Source of the DNA: Podarcis muralis
Taxonomy: Eukaryota
Assembly: GCF_964188315.1 (NCBI RefSeq)
Contig: NC_135657.1
Span: forward strand, 372,001 to 436,000
DNA length: 64,000 nt
Direction: 5' to 3'
In this document: positions 55,101 through 64,000 of the stretch, one piece after another
Position numbering within the stretch: the stretch's first letter is position 1
Layout of the letters: each line of letters opens with the position of its first letter
Made by a program: the position numbers and the translations under genes
Notes under the pieces: model-generated
Told to the model about the DNA's origin: nothing
Databases searched by the model: none
The model's input: the letters and a program-made list of their open reading frames with translations, nothing else

Positions 55101-58100
55101 TAATTCCAGTCACCCACCCAGTACTTCTCTCTTCAAGGAACATGGCACTGTTGTCTTGGGGCTTTATCCCATTTCCATAGGTTGCCTGTGTGAGCTGTCC
55201 TTTCCCTAACCAGAGCAATGCCGGAACATACCGGAAACTCCTGTTTGGGTGATGGCTTTAGTAGGCATTGGTAGAAATGGCACCAGCTGCATCTAGAAGC
55301 TTTGGGAGCCCTGACTTGTGGGTGCAAAGGTGCTTTGCAGTTTCAGGTTGTGGTGCCACACTCGGCTTCCATGCCCTTTCAGGAATTGAAAGGCTTGAAA
55401 GCTACGGCTGCCTCCTGCTTCCTTGGCTCGTGTTCCAGGAGAGGGTCCTCTCCCCAGGCCCCTGGGTGCCAGAAGATGTTCCTTGCTTGGAAGGGACTTG
55501 TTGCTCACCCAGAGGCTGAATTGTCCTTTGGAAGATGGGGGGGGGGGGGCTTGGGAGGAGGTCAAGCGCACAGTTCACCTTTTTGTGCCGGCTGGCTGAG
55601 GCTGAGAGGGGCAGGACGGTGACTAGTTTGACCAGCCAAGGCTGACTGACTGCTGGTCTTGGGGGGCAGCTGACATGCCCGCTTTGCACAGGGCATTCCT
55701 GGGGCTATCCTGGCTGTCTTGTGGTCTGGAGCCTTGGATGGAAAAGCCTCCCCTCCCAGGGAGCAGTTCAAAGTGGCCAGGCCTTTTACACTAAAATGTG
55801 ATCAGAATCTCCAGAAAGACTAGTCATCGCTAGCCTGGCCTGACTCCTCTTTGGCCTCTGTCAGAGTTGGTCCCGAAGCTGGAAGCGAAGAGCGGGGCGA
55901 GCACTTTGAGGGCCTGAGACCAACACAGGAGGCCTTGTTTGGCTTCCATGGGGCCGTGCCTCTGGGTGGGGGAAGTGTGTGTGTCAGGAGAAGAGGCGCC
56001 TTGGAGGGAGAACAAGGTGGGAAGGAATTTGGGCAGACTCTCCTGGAAGCCTTGTCTGATGAGCCTTTTGGGGTGCAAAGCGTCCTGGGAGCTTCCTTGG
56101 CCATGGGCTTGGGTTGCTCTCCTCCCCTCCCTTTCCCCAAATAGATCTGCCTGCCAGCAGCCCTGAGTCTGGGGGCCTTTTTTGCTTGGCTGCAGTTTGG
56201 CCCTCCCTCTTCTTGCAGCTGTTCTCATTCATTGTTCCTTTGCCCCTCCCTCCTTGGCTGGGCTGGGGGGGGGGGCGTGTTGCTAGACATCTCTGGGCAG
56301 ATGGTGAGGAGCCTTCCTATCAGCCCTTTCCTATTCTGTGTCAACTCACTTGGGCTGACTCACTGTGGCTTGACCTGGTGAGGCCTCGAGGAAGTGGCTG
56401 TGCCCCAGAAGAGGGTTGGGCCCTGGGCAGGAATGAGGCCCTGATGTAAGGCAGGCTGCTGCTGCGTCATTTCTGTTGCAAGCTGGGGCAGGGAGGAAGC
56501 CTGGCTGGCTGGCTGGCTGGGCAGGGGCAAGGGAAGCAGGCCTGGAAAAGAGGCAGCCTGGGCCCCAGAGGCAGGAGGTGCTCTGGCCTCCTGAATGGAA
56601 GGACCAGGGGAAAGAGTCCTGTCCTCTTCTGCAACATCAGGAAGGAGGTGTCTCTCCTGCCACTGTGTCACTCTGGTGATGGATGGGGAAAGCCCACCCA
56701 GGGAAACTGTCTCTGCGCAAGGCTCCAGGCAGCAAGAGGGCCAGGTGCCTTTCTGCACACTGGCTACAGAAGGAGGAGTATTAGGCAAACCATCAGCCAG
56801 GCCAGCTTGTTCCAGGTGTGGGTCCAGCCAAGCCTTGGGGTGCCCCCACCCCCTGGCAGCCAGAGGCAGCTCTTGCCTTCTGCAGAGGAGGAGTAATCCT
56901 GGCCCATTCTTGCTCCCTTGCCTCTCCCCTGCTTGGGGAAGGGACCAGCATGGTGGCCTGAGGCCTCCTGCTCTTGGCCTTGCTGCTTTTGCTGGTTTCT
57001 CCCATGCCACAGGGACAGGGGAGGCGGCAGGCAGGCTCATCCGAAGTGGCAGGGGGAAGGCCCAGCAGAGGGAAGGCCACCTTTCAAGGGATCCATGGGC
57101 ATCGTAGACCTTTCAGCCAAACATCTGTCCTCGCATAGCTGGGGGAAATTCTTGCAGGGTGAATTGTTCAGGCCAGAAGAACAAGAGGAATGACTTCCAC
57201 AAAGCCTTGCCTTCCAGTCTTCTTGATTTGTTTCTCTTCAAATGTATAGATCTACCTTTTTTGGCTGGAGGGCCATATTGGCCCAACCCTCTGGGGGAAC
57301 AAGTGCCCACAAACTTTTTGTTATCATAGTATCATAACTTGGTAGTTTTTTGTTTAAGTGTTGCAGGGAGACAAAACCTCTGGCATCATGCCATCACAAC
57401 CGGGGACCCATGGAAGGGGGTTGTTATCAGAGTTATGGTTAATTGAGGCATTGCAGGCTTTGTGGTCCCCAAGGATCTGCATTGGGCTCAGTACTGTTTA
57501 AAATTATTCTGAATTTTCCAGGTTTTTGCCATTATTTTATCATCAGCATCAGCATCAATTCAACTTACATCCCATTCTTTCTCTCAAAGGTGTCCAGGGT
57601 GGCAAACACATCAATAGCAATATCATTTCATTTAATTTAATTTAAAACAATTAAAAGCATCCCCCCCCCAACAGGGATTTCAGGAAGAGCATTTCAGCCA
57701 TCAAATGCTTGGGGAAGCAGGAATGTTTTTAATTTCCTCCAGAGAGTCAGTGATGAGGGAGGCAGTCTCCATAAATGACCCATAATTGCTCATGGTGGTG
57801 AAATTCCAAGCATGTTGTGAAGAGTACCAAAAGTCTTTTCCTGTACCCTGGTGTCAGAACATGTCAGGGAAGCTTTTACTGTTTGATGTTTTGTTGTGTT
57901 TTTAATATTCTCTTGAGAGCCGGCCAGAGTGGCTAGGGCAACCCAGTCAGATGAGTGGCATATAAATCATGAAATGAAATGAAATAAAGTAATAAAAATA
58001 AAATAAAAGAACAACCCCCCTGCTATGGGAACCCTGCAAGGAGGGCCTGAGCACAAGACCCATCTCTCCTGTCAGAAAGCTCTTCCTGGTGTTGAGTTGG

Positions 58101-60434
58101 CATCTCCTTTCTTGAAACTTGACTCCACTGGTTCAAGTCCTCCCCTCCAGAGCAGGAGAAAACAAGCTCCTTCCCTCTTCCATGGGGCAGCCCTTCAGAT
58201 AGTTGAATATGGCTTTTGTATCTCCTCTCAGTCTCCTCTTTTCCAAGGTAAACATGCCCAGTTCCCTCCACCATTCCTCATAAGGCTTTCTTTCCAGACC
58301 CTTGATTATCTTGGTTTGGATATTTAGTCAACCATGGTTTTCGTAGAATCATAGAACTGTAGCGTTGGAAGGGACCCCAAGAGTCATCTAGTCCAACCCC
58401 TTGCAATGCAGGAACCCCCTTTAGCATTATGCCATTCACTTTCTTCTTTTCCAGAGTCCTTACTCCTTTCTATTCTGCTTTGGGCAAGATTTCTGTTCTC
58501 TGAATGAAGGCACCCTCTGTCATGAAATCTCTCTGCTGGACTGGGGGGGGTGCATTTCCTAATCAGTGGTCTACATTCTAGCTGAGCTGTCATCATGGTG
58601 TTAAATAGCCACTGAGCACCTTGGGGAAACTTCATCGTCTCAGTTCTAAACTGATCCCCACATTTTTAGGTTTCCCCCTTTAAAACTGTCTTGTGCTGAC
58701 TTGGCAACCTTCTAGTCGTGTCTTGAAATTGATAAATGTCAATGAGATTGAGATCTTGCCCCAGATCCTGGGCATCACTCAGGATAAAGCCCAGGCAACT
58801 ACCCCCCTCCAGTTGGTTCCAGGACTGACTTTCTCAGCCACCATCATTTAGGGTACGAGAGCTTTTTGACTCTTTGTGACATGAATCTCTGCTGTGATTT
58901 TCAGAGCAGCAAGATTGACTTGTCAGGAAGAAGTCTTGGAGCAAATCTTTCTGGGCTGCTCCTGTCCTCAGGAGTTTCCTGACTCAGGCGTGGGGGTCTC
59001 CGCAAGCACTAGCTCCTCGTCTCCACAGCTCCCTGAATCACTGCTTTTATTTTTGCCCCTCTCCATGCAGGTGAATCAGCGCAATGTTCCTGGGATTGAC
59101 AGTGCTTACCTGGCAATGGACACAGAAGAAGGGGTGGAAGTGGTTTGGAATGAGGTCCAGTTCTCGGAGCGCAAGAATTTTAAGCTTCAGGAGGTTGGTG
59201 AGCCTGGGATGGGAAGGATGGGGAGTAGGTGGGCATCGTGCTCAGGACGCCTGGGAGGCAGTGGCATAAATCCCAGCAGTGCAGAGCCCTGTGGGAAGAC
59301 TGGCTAGCCTCCCGGGGGGGCTGGCTGCTGCTTGGCCAGCCCTTGGGGGTTCTCTCCCAGCACTGCACCCGTCTCTCCACGGCTGTGAGGCTGGGGTAAG
59401 CAATGAGCTCTCCTCTTGCTGGGGTCTGGCATTCCTCTGCTTTGTCCCTCCAGGAGAAGGTCAAAGCTGTCTTTGACAACCTGATCCAGCTAGAACACCT
59501 GAACATTGTGAAGTTCCACAAGTACTGGGCAGATGTGAAGGAGAACAAGGCCAGGGTAAGAGGGGTGCCCCCCCAACGTCTTCCTGATGGGCTTGTGGAG
59601 AAGCAGCAGCAGCAGTTGGTGACTTCCTCCTCCTTCCCAGGTGATCTTCATCACTGAGTACATGTCCTCTGGCAGCCTGAAGCAGTTTCTGAAGAAGACA
59701 AAGAAGAACCACAAGACCATGAATGAAAAGGTGACCCTCACTTCCTTCTCCTCCCGCCTCCCTCTGCTCCTGGGTCCCAGGCCTCCTGCCTTTGAGCACA
59801 GAGAAGCAGCTTCCCTTGGCCAACCCAGAGCCCCAGAAGGACAGGAGGCTGGGGAGGAACCAGGAAGTGTCTGAGTGGCATGGAGGGAAGCAAGGAAATC
59901 AGGAAAGAGTCAAGCTGCCTGTTGTGGGTGTTGCTTAGAGCCTCTTCCTTTTATCTGTCTTTAGGCCTGGAAGCGCTGGTGCACCCAGATCCTGTCTGCT
60001 CTCAGGTACATGCTTTGAATCCCTCAAAGGCTTTGGGAGCCTGGCTGCGCATGCCCCCTTTGCTTCTTCCGAGGCCAGGGGGGAGAGCGGTTGCTTCTGG
60101 CTCCCTCTGGCAGTTGTGGCAGGACTTGGCTTGCCGCTTTGCCAGCCTGCCTGCCTGCCTCCCCTCCTTCTCAAGCTGACTGAGGGTAGGAGAGTGATGG
60201 CTGTTGCTCTCTTGGGGAGTCCCTGGCAGCCTCAGGCACAAGGCCTTGGTTTTGCCCCTGTGAAAGTGGCCTTTTGTTGGGGGCGGTGAGTGCTGGTGCC
60301 AGCCTCTGGGGCCCACCATTCCTTGTGTTGCCGTTCCAGTTACCTTCACTCCTGCGATCCTCCCATCATTCACGGAAACTTGACTTGTGACACCATCTTC
60401 ATCCAGCACAATGGGCTGATCAAGATCGGGTCAG
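52191..60434 (+). CDS. NRBP1: Nuclear receptor-binding protein 1 (pseudokinase), 5' part only; the gene continues beyond the window
   Basis: Coding exons 52191-52430, 59071-59193, 59454-59555, 59641-59730, 59965-60005, 60340-60434. Protein MSEGE...EESEDESEILEESPCGRWQKRREEVNQRNVPGIDSAYLAMDTEEGVEVVWNEVQFSERK...YLHSCDPPIIHGNLTCDTIFIQHNGLIKIGS. The next exon was not found before 64000. Confidence 0.95.
54660..55035 (+). mobile_element. Sauria SINE (NRBP1 intron 2)
   Basis: Colinear with 46912-47250 (CTGTGGTCTAAACCAC...CAGAAGG...CTCCTGCCAACCTAG...TTTACCTT). Confidence 0.85.
58020..58420 (-). mobile_element. CR1 LINE 3' fragments (NRBP1 intron 2)
   Basis: Reverse complement of the CR1 3' region seen at 45740-46260, plus the tail TAGAATCATAGAA...GGAAGGGACCCC...CATCTAGTCCAACCCC. 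Confidence 0.75.
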
Positions 60435-61191
60435 GTAAGCCTCTCCTTCAGAGCCACAAGCCAGTGATCTCAAGAGTCACTGGAAAGGGAAGGAGCTCCC
60501 CAGAAGGCCCCGGGGCTTGGTGGGCTCCTGCTGCCCTGCTCACCTGGGATTCTGAGCCTCAGCTGGTGCCTCTCTCTGTAGCCTTCATTGCTGACTTCTG
60601 GAAACCTCCTGGAGAATTCTGCCACCTGGATACGTGTGGCCCTGAGCAGCTGCTGCTGTTGCTGCTGCTGCTGCTGCCACCACCACCACCTTCTCAGGCT
60701 GCCCAGCCCCCAGCTTCCTCCCACCCCACGCTCTGTGCCTGGATAGGCTGCCCAGAGCATGGGTGCCTGCGTCCCTCCAGGGCATGGGCAGGAAACTGCT
60801 TCCCGGTGGCCTTTGGTCCCTCAGGGAGAAACCCTCCTTCCTTCCTCTTCTTGCTGCTTCCCTGCCACCCGGGGCTTTGAGGAGAGGGAAGGGCAGCTGG
60901 AGTGCTTTGCCGAGCTGCCTTTTGGGCATCCCCAGCCCCCGAGAGCTCTGAGGAGGAAATGGGAGGAGAGCTCCCCTTGGGCTTTCTCTGGGGCTCTCCC
61001 ACGTCTGGGAAATCTCTGGATTCTCTTGAGAGCTCCTGGGACAGACTAGCCAGAAGCCTCTTGTTGCCAAGGGCAGTTAGGGCTGGGACTTGGCTGGCGA
61101 AAGCAATTTCCTGGGCACTAGGAGAGACCTGTGGCAGTTAAATGGGTAGGAAACCCATCACAGTGTACAGCTGCCAAGGGATGCAAGTGTT

Positions 61192-61192
<1 letters not shown>

Positions 61193-61226
<34 letters not shown>
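61193..61226. repeat. (GT)17 microsatellite
   Basis: Direct sequence. Confidence 0.95.
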
Positions 61227-61228
<2 letters not shown>

Positions 61229-64000
61229 TGCATGGCAATGGACTGCTGGCCTCTGTGGCTTCAAGTCCTAAAACTCCTTTGAGAACAAAGCCCTTCAGAG
61301 GTGCCTGCAGTTCAGGGGCAGCCAAAATGTCACCCGGCTGAGTTCAGAGGCCTTAAACTGCCTCTGAGGGTGGAGATTCTCTTCTGGACTTTGAAGGGCC
61401 TGTCCCACCACCACCCTGTGACTTTGCCTTTTCCTGCCCCCCCCCCCCAAAAAAAGGAGTTCAGGGTGGTTGGGGTTTTCCCCAATGGAGTTTTGCATCA
61501 CCCTTTTCTGTAAAGGGCCCTGGGAATTTTTGTTGAAGAGCAGCGTAGACCTTTCTAAAATAAACAAAGGTGGCCTCCCTGGTTTCCCCTTTTCTCCTCA
61601 CAACAGCCCTGCGAGGGGCCCGCCTAGACTCATGTCCCTCCCCTTGTCACAGTGAGTTCCATATGTTGCGAGGCAGGGAAGGGCCCAGAGACCTGCCCCC
61701 AGTGATGCTTTTGCCAAGGCTGAGGAAGACCAGCCCTCCTGGTGGAACAAAGACTCTTCTGACGCAACCTGCAAGATTGACTGTCCTGCTTGCTCTGCGC
61801 TTGGGATGCCTTGGGCTGAGTGGTGGGCAGAGAGTTTGGTGGGGGTGCCAAGGGGTGCCCAGTCTTCCCTGCTGCTGCGCCTGCAGGGCCATCGCTTGGA
61901 GCCACTCGTCTCAGGATTCTGCCCCAGCGTAGAACAGACTTCAGAACCTTCTGGAGTCTTGGCCAAATTTTGAGCAGAGGTTCTCCCCCCCCCCCCCTTT
62001 CAAGAAAATAATGTGTGTTCAAGTTTTCAAGAATTGCAAAGACCACCACAGGGCAAAGAGCTCACAATAGTACCATCCTCTTTTTTGCTTTGTACAAGTT
62101 TGGGTCTACGGTATTTCATCCAGACAAGACCAGCCCTGAGGAGCTATGGGCCAGTGACATCTTCTGGCCATCTCTAGTGGAAGAAACCCTCGCTGCTTCC
62201 AAGAGAAGAGCCTTTCCTGGCATGCTTTGTGGCTGAGAGAGAGCATGGATGAGAGCAGGGAACTCACTCAGGCTAGAAGAGCCACGCTTGGGATTGGGGA
62301 ACTCCAGGGCGGTGGCGGCTGGCAAGCTTGCACAATGCTCAGAACCCCCCGGGCACAAGAGAGGGGGCTCTGCAGTTGGGCCAAGATGCAGGAGGACCAG
62401 GCTGCCACCTGCCCTGTGGCTCCGGATCGTGGCAGAGCTTCCAGCCTGCCTCCACACGGGGACCAACGCCGCTTCTGCTTGACATTATCTCACTGGTGTT
62501 CCTGAAGCAGCTGAGTCCAGGGGGTGAAGCAGCTGCTCTTTCAAACTCTCTTGCTCCCCGGGACCTGGCAGGCAGGGGGCAGCAAGGGCTCCACGGCACC
62601 ATTTGCGCCTGCCAGCAGCGCCTTTGGCTGGAGCCCTGCTCTGCCCTTGTCTGTTGGGATCCTAGTAGCTGGTGTGGGAGGCCAGCAAATGCCCTTGGCT
62701 CTCCCCTCCGAGGCTCCTTTGAGAAGAGGGAGGAGAAGGAAGCGCGGCTGTGGTGTGACTGGCATCTGCGGTGTGGATCTGGCCCTGAAGCAAACTCGGA
62801 GGCCTCCGCCTGCCCCATCCTCAACTGGGGCAGGTCCTGCTTCAGGCCCCACGGAACTGGGTGGCTCCTTTGGGTCCCACTGGGCATTGGCAGGCTGGGC
62901 TGGGCACAGGCGGCAGAGGGAGAGCCTCCCCTCCTGCCACTCGCCACCTTCGGCTTCCTGGCTGCCACTTCCCCACAACCTCTCGATGAGCCATTTTTGT
63001 ACTTAGTGGGGAACTGAACGGGTGGTTGTCTGACGGGTTTGGTCAGCTGAAGCTGGGGGAGAAATCAGGAGGTGGGCCATTTTCCCTTCCCTTGGGCTGG
63101 GAAGAGCTTCAGGGCCTGCAGCGCTGCTTGGGAGGCTCTGCCTGGCTTTGCCACCTCCTCCCCTAAGTCTGGGAGCAAGTGGATGTAGGCTTGGTTGTGG
63201 TCGTTGTCCCAGCACCAGAACCCTGACCTTAGGATCCCCCCTCTGTCCTCCGCATGCACCTTATTCAGAGACATTTCCCTCTCCCTTCATGCCTCCCCCC
63301 AAATCTGTTAAGATTCCCACCCAACCCCCCGAAGCCAAAAAATCTTTGGAAAAGCCCAGAGCCCTTTTCTGCCTCTTTCCCTGCCTGTTTTCTCTTCCCT
63401 CCATCTCCACTCCCAGCCCCATTGATGATTCAGGGGTGGTGGGGGGCTTCTTGCAGCCCCGGTGGCTGGCAGTTTTGTCCAGGAGGTTCCCACTGCTCAG
63501 CCCCACCTGAGGCTGCCTGTGAGGTGTGCAGAGGAGGCCCTGAAGCTGGGGGGGGGGGGAAGGTCAGGGGGGCTAGTGAAAAGAGGGGAGGCTGCTGGAC
63601 TCCTGGACTGGAGAGGCCTCTGGGCTTGGCTTGGCTGGGAGTGGGGTCGCCAGGCACTCATGGCCTCCCTTCCTCTGGCAGCTGTGGAAGAGGAGCTGCC
63701 TTGGGGAGAGGACTTCAGGCCTCTGTTTCCCCATGACCCACTGGAAATCGGGGGAGGGGGGCAAGGGAGATGGGAAGGCAGCAAGGATCCTGCACTACTA
63801 AATCGCGTGCCCTGGGGAGGGACTTCAAGAGAAGCCCTCCCCTGCCCCACGTGTGCCTGGGCCCCTTCCCCACCCCCCTCCCTTGGCAGGGAGTCTCTGG
63901 TCTGCTCCTGGGCCCAAGTGGTGGCTGAGCCAGAAGCAGCTCCTGGCCTGGTCAGCCCCTTTCCCGGATGCCTGCCCTGCTGGGGTGGCCAATGGGCAGC

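Noticed and set aside
62410-62440. GTGGCTCCGGAT (VAPD) as the next NRBP1 exon
   Set aside because: No AG acceptor, and the continuation is not TINNHVKTC.
63065-63274. Minus ORF with protein-like WCWDNDHNQAYIHLLPDL
   Set aside because: No recognisable family and no convincing splice sites; it lies in an NRBP1 intron.

Overview
GC-rich vertebrate genomic window. The Sauria SINEs, CR1/L2/L1/Penelope remnants and the gene set point to a squamate, most likely a lacertid lizard (inference). It is homologous to the human 2p23.3 block. In order it holds: (1) a nested stack of LTR retroelements at 1-6100: a young Ty1/copia element with near-identical LTRs but a deleted RT core, inserted into a second, oppositely oriented copia element, which abuts a possible third LTR; (2) an orphan CpG-island promoter with clustered ZNF143/THAP11-type and YY1 motifs (~7200-8100); (3) FNDC4 (+, 6 coding exons); (4) an LDLRAP1/ARH-like PTB-adaptor paralogue (-, 8 coding exons, ~253 aa) not present at the human locus; (5) a complete IFT172 (+, 48 exons, 1749 aa, two GC-AG introns) sharing a 420-bp bidirectional promoter with an RFX X-box; (6) KRTCAP3 (-, 6 coding exons); (7) the 5' part of NRBP1 (+), inverted relative to the human arrangement. 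Exon coordinates were derived by hand from splice sites and frame continuity. Comparisons to human genes are from recalled knowledge, not from a search. Most long GC-rich ORFs in the supplied track are artefacts.
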